Of a stretch of 64,000 bases of DNA, positions 46,564 through 56,016 are shown piece by piece. The stretch's first letter is position 1; each line of letters begins with the position of its first letter. The notes under the pieces were generated by a model, which was not told where the DNA came from, ran no database searches, and saw nothing but the letters and a program-made list of their open reading frames with translations. A program made the translations under genes and the position numbers. The stretch covers positions 2,848,001-2,912,000 of the forward strand of contig OY970303.1 of NCBI GenBank assembly GCA_963716255.1. Reading direction: 5' to 3'. The DNA is from an uncultured Gemmatimonadales bacterium (GTDB taxonomy: Bacteria; Gemmatimonadota; Gemmatimonadetes; Longimicrobiales; Longimicrobiaceae).

Positions 46564-49500
46564 TCAGGAACTCCACGGCCCCCACTCTTCGATGCACCAC
46601 TCCGGCTCCGGCCTGGGCAGGCGGCTCGCTATCTCCGGCATCTTTTCGAGTTTGCTGTAGCTTTCGGGACTAACCTCGGTGAGGAAGGCCGGTTCGAAGC
46701 CGTCGTGTAGGTAGTACAACGGCTCCGACTCCTCGACGAGGCTCCACAGATCCGCGAAGAAGTGTGGATCCCGCTCGGTAATCGCGTCCCATTTATCCTG
46801 AGAGTTGCTGGCCAGAAAGCCCAGCATCCAGGACGCCGCAGCGCTTTTATTCCGGAGGACGTGAGTCCAGTCCACGGGATACGTGAGACCGCGAACAAGG
46901 CCATCAAATGCCGGAAGGCCCGAACCGAGAAGCATCTGGACGACATGGTTCCGCTTGTTCCATACGATTAAGTTTCCCAAACGGTATGGGCGATGCCAGT
47001 GGATCCCGCACAGCCGGTCCCATCCGGGTGGAAAGTCACAGACGCCAGCCGATCCCTTCGGCTCAAGCTCCCCGGTGACCCGTGTCCACAACGGATAAAC
47101 GACGTTTCCCAGCTTCCGGGAGGCGTCCCAGGTAGCTCCCGATGCCGCCACACGATCGGGCGAGATAGACAGCGAATGCCAGGTGAGGTCTCTGTCCTCG
47201 ACAGAACCGCCGGAGTGAAGCGGCACCTCGCCCGCAACGACTTCCCCGGTGCCGAGCCTCATCGCACGCGACACCAGGCCTGTGGCAGGCAGCAAGACCG
47301 GGCCCCAGGGAAGGCGCACGTCGCCCCTGGTGGGACGATCGTCCGCGACAGGATCAGATGCCCAGTGGAACGGCACCCCAGTGGGAGGCGCGATCCGCGA
47401 GAACCGGGCGTTGAACAGCCCGAACTCGGACCGGCTTCGCACCTGGCAGAAGGCCGCGATCAGCCGCTCCACTTCGTCCGAGAGCCATCTCAGAGCTTCG
47501 TTGCCAGCTTCGGAGAGCTGAATCGCGCCGCGGTTGACCGCGATCCTTCCGATCTGCTCCCTGACGAAGTCCACCTCGACTACAGCCGGAAAATCGGTTC
47601 TCCTCGTCAGCTGGTCGACGTTGATCTGAATTCCCCTCCAACTCGCGTGAACCCGTTTTCGAGGAAACGAGAGAAACTCGCATTCCTGTATCTGGCGGAT
47701 TTCTAGGCCGGACTCGCCCCGAACGGTCCTCATGAACGCGAGGCAGTCCCCGCCCTCGAGCGCAAAAAAGGGAATACGGATCCGGTAGCGGCCCTGCTCG
47801 CTCGGTAGCTCACCCGTCGCGCTTTCCCAGCGGAGCAGGGCGTCAGCTTCGCCCCGGACCGCCGCCCAGAAAGACCTGTTCTGGTCAAGGGCTTCGCGGG
47901 CCTTGGCAGACAAGCCGTCGTCGGTATTCGACGTGTGTCCTCCCGTGAAGTGGCTCATAGTATCCACCGTGTCCACAACGTCCGATCCGAGCACCTCCTC
48001 CGGCGAGGTCCACCCGGGTGGCAGGGACAGGGATTCCTCTCCCTCTCCCTCTCCCGGGCTGAACTCGAACCTGCAAGGTAGGTAGCGCAGAATCTGGCGC
48101 AGGTACTTGTTGAGCCTTATCCTCCAGACCAGGAGGCCCGGCGGGACAAGCTCCGGCCGGATGCGCAGGCGGACCTCCGTGCCGCGCGCGATCTGCGTGT
48201 CGCGCCGGAGCTCTCCGAAGCCCCCGATCCCCTCGGATTCGAACTTCCACCCCGTGGGTTCCTCGTCGCGCGCCTCGCTGTTCCGCCGGGTGGAGATCTC
48301 CACCCGGTCGGCGAGCATGAAGTAGCTCAGCGCGCCGATCCCGAACTGGCCCGTCCTTCCCAGCGAGAACCCGGCCCGGCCGCACCTCCTGTCCAGTTCC
48401 AGCACTTGGTGGCGGCGAGGGGACCCGCTCACCAGCAGGTGATCCTTGATGATGGACTTGGTCATCCCGATGCCTGTGTCGCGACAGACGAGCCAAACCC
48501 GGTCGCCGGACACCTCGACCTCCAGCCTCACCTCGTGCAGGTTTCCGAGGATCTCCTCTAGGGAGCCGTCGGCCGGATTGCGCTGCGAGAGCCGCTGGTA
48601 GGCGATCAGCTCGCGCACCGCGTCGAAGGCGTTTTGCAGCAGCTCGCGGACGGCGGCGAGCGGAGTTCCGTACAGCTCGGTCCCCGACAGCAGCTCGAGG
48701 AGGCGGCGGGTGTTCGGCCGGAAAGCGCCGTCGATGTACTCGTAGGCCCCCTCGGCCGGCTGGACGTTGCGGTAGACGAACGGCTCCAGCTCCCACCGGT
48801 GCGGCAGGTCGCTTCCCGGCCCCACCGGCTTTTCGAAGTGCGTGGTGTCGTCGAGGCGCCGGACCAGCGCCAGTTCCTTCTCGATGCCGTCCACGGTCTC
48901 CTCGATCGCACGCTGCACGTAGGCGCGTGTGGGCCGCGCGAAGGCGGAGAACCGGGCCTTCTCCAGCTTCAGCGAGAGTTGGTGGTCCTTGTACCAGTAG
49001 ATCACGCTGCCGGGCGCGATGTCGCGGTGGTGAAGGACCACTTCCGGCGTCCGCTCCGGGTCGATGTCCAGGATATCCGCCACCCGGAGAACCGACGCCA
49101 GGTAGCGCAGGTGGACCGTGCGGGGCGGGGAGCCGACGGGGCGGGGATCGAAGCGGGGCTCCTCCAGGCGCTCATACCCTTCGTGATGGCTCCTGCACAG
49201 CACGACCAGATCGTCGACCCATCCGTGGTACGAGCCCAGGCTCTCTCCCGACAGCTTTTCGCGGATCCACTCCTCGCTCCAGTCGTTGTGCCGGTGGCGG
49301 GCGTAGTAGGTGACGATCTCGTCCACCAGGCGGACCCGCTCTTCGACGGGCCTGTCCGGCGCGATCGGCGGCATGGTCCCGTACCCCTGATCGTCCAGCC
49401 ATTCCTGGAGGATCGCCCGCTCGTTCCCGGTCAGCAGCTCGTCGCCGCCGCTGAGCAGGTAGTCCCGGTGGGAGCGTACCCTGTTCCGCTCCGGCGTCAT

Positions 49501-49809
49501 TCCGATGTCGTGGAGGTACGCCGAGAGCAGGAGGAGCGCCAGTTCGTATCCGGAAAGCCGGGGGAGCACGTCGGAGGGAATGATCTCGCCCATCCTCTGC
49601 GCGACCCGGAACGAATGCTCCGCGTCGTGCAGGGTGAAGTCCGCGGGCGAGGTCGCTCCCTGCTTCAGGACGGCCTCGATCCCCGGCATCCAGGCTTCGA
49701 GCGCGGCGCGCGCCGCATTCTCGTCGGCGGTGCGCCCGGCTGAAAGCACCTCCCACAGCAGGGTACCGTCCCAGCCGGTGTACTTGTCGAGGATGGATTG
49801 CGAGACCAT
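46564..49809 (-). CDS. HD-domain (HD-CE-like) fused to Hsp90-like GHKL ATPase
   Basis: FTLHDAEHS, LHDIGM, LRVADILD; RELLQNAFDA, DTGIGM, GQFGIGALSYFM. Confidence 0.8.
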   Translation of the reverse strand: MVSQSILDKYTGWDGTLLWEVLSAGRTADENAARAALEAWMPGIEAVLKQGATSPADFTLHDAEHSFRVAQRMGEIIPSDVLPRLSGYELALLLLSAYLHDIGMTPERNRVRSHRDYLLSGGDELLTGNERAILQEWLDDQGYGTMPPIAPDRPVEERVRLVDEIVTYYARHRHNDWSEEWIREKLSGESLGSYHGWVDDLVVLCRSHHEGYERLEEPRFDPRPVGSPPRTVHLRYLASVLRVADILDIDPERTPEVVLHHRDIAPGSVIYWYKDHQLSLKLEKARFSAFARPTRAYVQRAIEETVDGIEKELALVRRLDDTTHFEKPVGPGSDLPHRWELEPFVYRNVQPAEGAYEYIDGAFRPNTRRLLELLSGTELYGTPLAAVRELLQNAFDAVRELIAYQRLSQRNPADGSLEEILGNLHEVRLEVEVSGDRVWLVCRDTGIGMTKSIIKDHLLVSGSPRRHQVLELDRRCGRAGFSLGRTGQFGIGALSYFMLADRVEISTRRNSEARDEEPTGWKFESEGIGGFGELRRDTQIARGTEVRLRIRPELVPPGLLVWRIRLNKYLRQILRYLPCRFEFSPGEGEGEESLSLPPGWTSPEEVLGSDVVDTVDTMSHFTGGHTSNTDDGLSAKAREALDQNRSFWAAVRGEADALLRWESATGELPSEQGRYRIRIPFFALEGGDCLAFMRTVRGESGLEIRQIQECEFLSFPRKRVHASWRGIQINVDQLTRRTDFPAVVEVDFVREQIGRIAVNRGAIQLSEAGNEALRWLSDEVERLIAAFCQVRSRSEFGLFNARFSRIAPPTGVPFHWASDPVADDRPTRGDVRLPWGPVLLPATGLVSRAMRLGTGEVVAGEVPLHSGGSVEDRDLTWHSLSISPDRVAASGATWDASRKLGNVVYPLWTRVTGELEPKGSAGVCDFPPGWDRLCGIHWHRPYRLGNLIVWNKRNHVVQMLLGSGLPAFDGLVRGLTYPVDWTHVLRNKSAAASWMLGFLASNSQDKWDAITERDPHFFADLWSLVEESEPLYYLHDGFEPAFLTEVSPESYSKLEKMPEIASRLPRPEPEWCIEEWGPWSS

Positions 49810-49938
49810 GGGGTAGGGCTTTCGAAGAAGGGCGCTCCGGTGCCGGATCACCAACGTACGTAGCTCCAAGATCGCATGCAACCGACGATGGAACGGCGTC
49901 CTGGAGCGCCGCCATCCGCCCCGGATGCCGCCACGCAA

Positions 49939-49972
49939 GTCGCCCCCGCCGGGAGCTCCCGGCGGGGGCGAC
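49939..49972. terminator. 34-bp perfect palindrome
   Basis: GTCGCCCCCGCCGGGAG / CTCCCGGCGGGGGCGAC, just after the stop of the upstream minus-strand gene. Confidence 0.55.
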
Positions 49973-49995
49973 GCAGGGCCTGATGCCCCTCCCCG

Positions 49996-50755
49996 CTACG
50001 TGGATGCCCCGGCCTCCGTGCCGGCCGAGGACACCCTGAACCCCTGGTCCATGGAAATGGCGCTCCCCTCCGCCGGGCCGATGTCCTCCTCGCCGCCGGG
50101 GTACAAGAACGAGTCGCGCGGCGCGTAGAACGACGAGCCCGCCACCACCTGGAGCGGCGAGGCCGGCCGCAGCGCGTACACCGGGTGGTCCGGCGCCAGG
50201 AACTCCATGGACTGCACCTGGAAGGTGCTCACCAGCTCGCCCACGTACGGGTAGTTGCCGGCCACCAGCCGGTTCCCCACGCGGGTGATGTAGCGCAGGT
50301 GGCCGCCCAGGACGACGTCGGCCACGTCGCCCACGCGGGCGCGGGTGCGGATCACGGGCGTCCCGTCCACCGAGGTGGTCGCCGTCGCCACGCCGCCCTC
50401 CACCTCCAGCGTGGTGGAGCCGGGGGCCGCCGGCACCCCGCGCTCCGCCGCGTACTCCCGCATCCCCTCCGACGAGTTGAAGTAGTGGGTGAAGAAGCGC
50501 GCCGGGGTCACCCCGTCCGGGGCGAACAGGCCGCCCACGTCCAGCCCCAGGTAGGTGAGCGAAGTAAGCCCCGAACCCGGTGGTCTGCTGCGCCCGGTCC
50601 ACCACGTACTGGTTCATGTACACCGCGTGGCTGGCCGCCGGCTTCAGCGCCCGCGGCAGGAGCCGCGCGCACGCCTGCGGGTCCGCGGGGATCCAGCTCG
50701 TGTACAGCTTGCGGCTGTCGAGCACCAGCTGGGGTGCGGGGAGCTTGCTCGCCAT
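49996..50755 (-). pseudogene. Acetoacetate-decarboxylase-like gene with +1 frameshift
   Basis: MASKLPAPQLV..GFGAY continues as SLTYLGLDVGG if one T near 50562 is removed; the family call is tentative. Confidence 0.6.
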
Positions 50756-51086
50756 GGGCGGTCTCTTTATTCCCGGGGGGGGGCGCCCCGCCGCGTGCGC
50801 GGCGTTCGGCCGGGGAGGGCGGGCCGCGCCCGCGAGCGCGGCTGACCTACGGTGCACGCCGGACGATGCTGTCGCAAGAACGTCGTGCGCCGCCGTGCGG
50901 GAGCGGCCGAAAACCGCGCCGGGCGGGCCCGCCGGACACCGATCCTGTCGTGCTCCGTGCGGCCCGCGTGTCCGCCTTCGGGCACCGCGTGCGCATATTG
51001 GGGAACATCGTCAGCACACGGTGGATCACCCGGACCGGCGCCGCACCGCGCGGCGCCCGTCCCACTGCACGGGAGCGGAGGACTCG

Positions 51087-52673
51087 ATGCGAGCTGCGGC
51101 GTGGATGCGGGGGAGGACGGCGGGGTGGGTGCTGCTCGCGGCGCTGGCCTTGGCGGGGGCGGCACAGGCACAGGCGCGGCCCAACATCGTCTTCCTGCTG
51201 GCGGACGACCACGCCGCGCACGCCCTGTCCGCGTACCGCGCGCACCTGGCGTACGGGGCCCGCCTCCCCGACACCCCCAACCTGGACCGGCTCGCCGCCT
51301 CCGGGATGCTGTTCACCCACGCCTTCGTCACCAACTCCATCTGCGGACCCAGCCGCGCCGCGCTGCTCACCGGGCAGTACGGGCACATCAACGGCGTCGT
51401 CACCAACGCCGAGCCGCTGCACCCCAGCGCCGTCACCTTCCCCCGGCTGCTGCGCCGGGGCGGCTACGAGACCGCCGTCTTCGGCAAGTGGCACCTCCAC
51501 GACCCGCCCGACCCGGAGGCCTATGACCACTACGAGCTGCTGGTGGGCCAGGGGCCGTACTACAACCCCGTGCTGCACTCCGCCACGGACACCGTGCGCT
51601 ACACCGGCTACACCAACGAGGTGGTCACCGACCGCGCGCTGGGGTGGCTGGCCGGGCGGCGCGACCCGCGGAAGCCCTTTCTGCTGATGCTGCACTTCAA
51701 CGCCCCGCACCGCTACTGGGACCCGGGGCCCGACCAGCTGGCCCTCTTCCGCGACACCGTGTTCGCCGAGCCCGCCACCTTCTGGGACGACGGCTCCGGG
51801 CGCGCCTTTCCCACGCGCGACGCCGAGATGACCATCGCCCGCGACCTGTTCGACCGCGACCTCAAGCTGGAGGCGCCGGAGGGGCTCACCCCGGAGCAGC
51901 GCGCCGCCTGGGACCGAGCCTACGGGCCCGAGAACGAAGCGTTCCGCGCCGCCGGCCTGGCCGGCGACGCCGCGACGCGCTGGAAGTACCAGCGCTACAT
52001 CCGCGACTACATGCGGGCGGTGATGGCGCTGGACGCAGCCGTGGGCCGCGTGCTCGCCGAGCTCGACCGGCTGGGGCTGGCCGCGAGCACCGCCGTCGTC
52101 TACACCTCCGACCAGGGCTTCTTCCTGGGCGACCACGGCTGGTTCGACAAGCGCTGGATGTACGAGGAGTCGCTGCGCACCCCGCTGCTGGTGCGCTGGC
52201 CCGGCGTGGTGGAGCCCGGCTCCGTGCGCGGCGACCTGGCCATGAACCTGGACCTCGCCCAGACGCTCCTGGAGATGGGCGGCGTGCCGGCCCCCGCCAC
52301 CATGCAGGGGAGCAGCCTGGTGCCGCTGCTGCGCGGGCGGACGCCGGCCGGGTGGCGCGACGCCGTCTACTACCAGTACTTCGCCTACCCGGACTGGCAC
52401 ATGGTGCAGCGGCAGTACGGGGTGCGGACGCGCCGGTACAAGCTGATCCACTACTACGAGGCCGGGAAGTGGGAGCTGTTCGACCTGGCGCGCGACCCCG
52501 AGGAGATGCGCAGCGTGTACGGCGACCCGCAGTACGCGTCCGTGGTGCGTGACTTGGAGGGGAAGCTGCGGGCGCTGCGGCGGCAGTACGCCGTGCCGGA
52601 GCGGGACACCGTGCCGCACGTGCCGTTCGTCGCGCCACCCGGGCTGCGGCGGACGGAGGCCGGGCTGTACTGA
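51087..52673 (+). CDS. Sulfatase (formylglycine-dependent)
   Basis: Signal peptide; RPNIVFLLADD, CGPSRAALLTG, GKWH, SDQG. Confidence 0.93.
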   Translation: MRAAAWMRGRTAGWVLLAALALAGAAQAQARPNIVFLLADDHAAHALSAYRAHLAYGARLPDTPNLDRLAASGMLFTHAFVTNSICGPSRAALLTGQYGHINGVVTNAEPLHPSAVTFPRLLRRGGYETAVFGKWHLHDPPDPEAYDHYELLVGQGPYYNPVLHSATDTVRYTGYTNEVVTDRALGWLAGRRDPRKPFLLMLHFNAPHRYWDPGPDQLALFRDTVFAEPATFWDDGSGRAFPTRDAEMTIARDLFDRDLKLEAPEGLTPEQRAAWDRAYGPENEAFRAAGLAGDAATRWKYQRYIRDYMRAVMALDAAVGRVLAELDRLGLAASTAVVYTSDQGFFLGDHGWFDKRWMYEESLRTPLLVRWPGVVEPGSVRGDLAMNLDLAQTLLEMGGVPAPATMQGSSLVPLLRGRTPAGWRDAVYYQYFAYPDWHMVQRQYGVRTRRYKLIHYYEAGKWELFDLARDPEEMRSVYGDPQYASVVRDLEGKLRALRRQYAVPERDTVPHVPFVAPPGLRRTEAGLY

Positions 52674-52693
52674 ACTGCTTGAACAGCAGGTTC

Positions 52694-52824
52694 GGGCGTG
52701 TCCCCGGCTGGCGCCGGGGTCGGGCTTCGGCTCCGTAGAGCAGCAAACAACGCTGCTCAACGGAGTCGAGCCCCCGCGAAACTGCCCGCGGGGTCTCGCC
52801 CCTTCGGGCCGAAATCCCTCACGC
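52694..52824 (-). repeat. Structured element, copy 7
   Basis: Reverse complement of the consensus. Confidence 0.9.
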
Positions 52825-53021
52825 AGCTGCCTGCGCGTTCTCAGCGTCCAGCGGTTGTCCCCTCCCCCGCAAGCGGGAGATGGGGGGCGCACCTCCACCT
52901 CGGGTGCCGCAGGCCTCCGGAGCACGGGTGGGTTGACGGCTCCACGCGGCGCGGGCACTATGCATCTGGTCCCCGGTCGCGGCTCCACCGGCACTCCTCG
53001 CGCGCGTTCCCGGTCGCACCC

Positions 53022-53426
53022 ATGAGAACCCACCCCATCCTCCTGCTCGCGCTCCCGCTGCTCCTCGCCGGCTGCGCCTCCGGCGGCGGCGGCGAGTCCG
53101 CCACGGCCACGGCGCCGCCGCCGCGCGCCAGCAGCAGCACCATCACCAACGAGGAGATCCTGGAGGCCCGCCTCCCGGACGCCTACGCCATCGTGCAGCG
53201 CCTGCGTCCCAACTGGCTGCGGCGCCGCGGGATGGACGTGCCTCGCGCGGCGCAGGACGTCATGGTCTACTTCGACGCGACACCGCGGGGCTACGCGCCC
53301 GTCCTCCGGAACATCCGCGCCGCCAACATCTACGAGATCCGCTACCTGGACCCGCTCGCCGCGAAGGCCCGCTACGGCCCCGGCCACGACCACGGCGTCA
53401 TCATCGTGCTCCCCGGACCGGGCTGA
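53022..53426 (+). CDS. Small lipoprotein resembling a TonB-receptor plug domain
   Basis: LAGC lipobox; ITNEEI, LRPNWL, EIRYL..ARYG..GVIIV. Confidence 0.7.
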   Translation: MRTHPILLLALPLLLAGCASGGGGESATATAPPPRASSSTITNEEILEARLPDAYAIVQRLRPNWLRRRGMDVPRAAQDVMVYFDATPRGYAPVLRNIRAANIYEIRYLDPLAAKARYGPGHDHGVIIVLPGPG

Positions 53427-53586
53427 GCCCCTTCCTGGCGCGGCACCGCCGGGCGCGCGGGGTGGGGCCGGAGCCGTCGGCCCGGGTTGCTCGCCGAGGT
53501 CTACGTGGCGGCCTCGGCGGTCGCGCTGCTCGGGTTTCCGTGGCTCACCTGACGGTCGAAAGCGGATTTCACATGTGAGCCGAGCA

Positions 53587-53644
53587 TTGACAGCCAGATT
53601 CGCGCAGCCGATACTTGTACAGGATATCTGTACAAAATTGTACG
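53587..53644 (+). promoter_or_regulatory. TA promoter with TGTACA operator palindromes
   Basis: TTGACA-N17-GATACT, then TGTACA (53616), TGTACA (53629), TGTACG (53639). Confidence 0.75.
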
Positions 53645-53675
53645 CATCAAAGGGACCCGAGACTCGAAAGGTCAC

Positions 53676-53957
53676 ATGACCACGGTGACGTACAGCGCCG
53701 CGCGGGAGAAGCTGGCAGAGATCTGGGACCAGGTCGAGGACAGCCGAGAGGAAGTAATCCTTCGCCGTCGCGGCCACGAGGATCTAGCACTGCTCCCGGC
53801 GCACGAGCTCCGCAGCCTCAAGGAAACGGCCCACCTGCTCCGCTCCCCCCGTAATGCACTGCGCCTGCTCCAGGCGCTGGCCCGGTCCCGCGGCGAGGGT
53901 GGCATGGAGTTCGATACGATCGAGGCGCTCGCCGCCGAAATCGGCCTGAACGGGTAG
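53676..53957 (+). CDS. yefM: Phd/YefM antitoxin
   Basis: TYSAAREKLA, ETAHLLRSPRNA. Confidence 0.9.
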   Translation: MTTVTYSAAREKLAEIWDQVEDSREEVILRRRGHEDLALLPAHELRSLKETAHLLRSPRNALRLLQALARSRGEGGMEFDTIEALAAEIGLNG

Positions 53958-53960
53958 ACC

Positions 53961-54263
53961 ATGGCGAAAGCCAGGAGTGTGGAGGGTGGCGGCGGGACGC
54001 CCGAGCGTCGAACGATTCAGTTGCAGCCCGAAGCCCTGGCCGACCTGAAGTATTGGGTCCAGCAGGACCGGCGGATCGCGACAAAGGCGCTCGACCTGAT
54101 CGAAGCGGCGCGAAGGGATCCATTCGCCGGGCTGGGGAAGCCGGAGCCGCTGAGGAATCTCGGGCCCGATGTGTGGAGCCGGCGCATTACGCAGGAAGAT
54201 CGGCTCGTCTATCGGGTGACGGACACCCACATCGACGTACTTCAGGCGCGATACCACTACTGA
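53961..54263 (+). CDS. yoeB: Txe/YoeB toxin
   Basis: PFAGLGKPEPL, WSRRITQEDRLVY, QARYHY. Confidence 0.92.
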   Translation: MAKARSVEGGGGTPERRTIQLQPEALADLKYWVQQDRRIATKALDLIEAARRDPFAGLGKPEPLRNLGPDVWSRRITQEDRLVYRVTDTHIDVLQARYHY

Positions 54264-54305
54264 CGCGCGCTGCCTCTCCTGCCGCCGCGCCTTTGCATCC
54301 CCCGC

Positions 54306-55814
54306 TCACCCAGCCCACCCCGGCACCACCCCGATGCGGATCCCGAACGCCCACAGCAGCGTCGTGTAGGCCACCGCCAGGATCGCCGCCACGCACAGCA
54401 CGTCCAGCCACGCCCCGGCGCGCGCCATCTGCGGCACGGACACGTGGCCGGTGCCGTAGGCGATCGCGTTGGGCGGCGTCGCCACCGGGAGCATGAACCC
54501 GCAGCTGGCCGCCAGCGCCGCCGGGATCACCAGCAGCAGCGGGTTCTCCCCGATCCCCAGCGCCAGCGAGCCCACCACCGGCAGCAGCGCGGCGGCCACC
54601 GCCGTGTTGCTCGCCACCTCGCTCAGCAGCACGATCACCGCGCACACCACGGCCACCACCACCGGCAGCGGCAGCGCCGCCACCCCCTGGAGCCCCGCGC
54701 CGATCCACTTCGCCACTCCGGTCTGCGTGAGCGCGTCGGCAAGGCTCAGCCCCCCGCCGAAGAGCAGCAGCACCTCCCAGGGGAGCCGCGCGAACACGCC
54801 GCCGTCCAGCACGAACCCGCCCCGCCCGCGCCCGGACGGCAGCACGAACAGCAGCAGCGCCGCCCCCATCCCGATCCCCGCGTCCGAGAGCACCCCCTCC
54901 GGCACCCACCGCAGGAACGGGTGCACCACCCACAGCACCGCCGCCGCGCCGAACACCACGAGCACCATCCACTCCGGGCGCGACATGGGGCCCAGCTTCG
55001 CGATCTCCCGGTCGATCAGCTCCCGCCCGCCGGGGATCTCCCGCGCGCGGATGCGGAACACGCCGCGCACCAGCAGCAGCCAGGTGAGCGGCAACACCAG
55101 CAGCATCAGCGGCACCCCCACCAGCATCCACTGCCCGAAGCCCACCTCGTAGCCGTACGTCTCGCGCACGAAGCCGGCGAGGAGCGCGTTGGGCGGCGTG
55201 CCGATGAGCGTGGCGAACCCGCCGATGCTGGCCGCGTACGCGATCCCCAGCATCAGCGCCGCCGCGAAGGCGCGCTCCTCCTCCCCCGCCTCGCCCTCGC
55301 GCGGCAGCACCAGCTCCGTCACCGAGATGCCGATGGGGAGCATCATCACCGCCGTGGCCGTGTTGCTCACCCACATGCTGATGAGCGCGGTGGCGGCCAT
55401 GAACCCGCCCACCAGCCGCGCGGGGCTCGTCCCCACCCTGCCCACCACGTTCAGCGCGATGCGGCGGTGCAGGCTCCAGCGCTGCATCGCCAGCGCCAGC
55501 AGGAACCCGCCCATGAACAGGAAGATCAGCGGGTTGGCGTACGGCGCCGCCGCCGCCTCGATCTTCGCGACGCCCAGCAGCGGAAAGAGCGGCAGGGGGA
55601 GGAGCGCCGTCGCCGCGATGGGGACGGCCTCGGTGACCCACCACGCCGCCATGAGCGCACCCACCGCCGCGGCGCGCCACCCCGCGGCGGAAAGCCCGTC
55701 CGGGACGGGAGCGAGGAGCATGGCGGCGAAGAGGAGCGGGCCGAGCAGCAGGCCGACGCGCGGGCGGAGCCCGGACGCGGCCCCTTCGGAGGGAGGGGTG
55801 TCCATGCCGGACAC
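54306..55814 (-). CDS. DASS/SLC13 family transporter
   Basis: WWVTEAVP, SMWVSNTAT, GTPPN, MLPVATPPNAI. Confidence 0.92.
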   Translation of the reverse strand: MSGMDTPPSEGAASGLRPRVGLLLGPLLFAAMLLAPVPDGLSAAGWRAAAVGALMAAWWVTEAVPIAATALLPLPLFPLLGVAKIEAAAAPYANPLIFLFMGGFLLALAMQRWSLHRRIALNVVGRVGTSPARLVGGFMAATALISMWVSNTATAVMMLPIGISVTELVLPREGEAGEEERAFAAALMLGIAYAASIGGFATLIGTPPNALLAGFVRETYGYEVGFGQWMLVGVPLMLLVLPLTWLLLVRGVFRIRAREIPGGRELIDREIAKLGPMSRPEWMVLVVFGAAAVLWVVHPFLRWVPEGVLSDAGIGMGAALLLFVLPSGRGRGGFVLDGGVFARLPWEVLLLFGGGLSLADALTQTGVAKWIGAGLQGVAALPLPVVVAVVCAVIVLLSEVASNTAVAAALLPVVGSLALGIGENPLLLVIPAALAASCGFMLPVATPPNAIAYGTGHVSVPQMARAGAWLDVLCVAAILAVAYTTLLWAFGIRIGVVPGWAG

Positions 55815-56016
55815 GATAGCGCGCCCTCTGCGGCCCGGCCAGGGAGCCGGGTGGGGGTGGTACCCCGCCGGTAAACATCGAGGGCGGCGGGCCGGGAAGT
55901 TGCTACAGTTCTTTACACCCGGGGGCCGAAATCCCCGGGCTCCCTGTCAAAACCTCCCCCGCGGCCCGTCCCGGGCCTCGCATTCCGCACGGCTCTCCCG
56001 CCTTTCGCCACACCTC

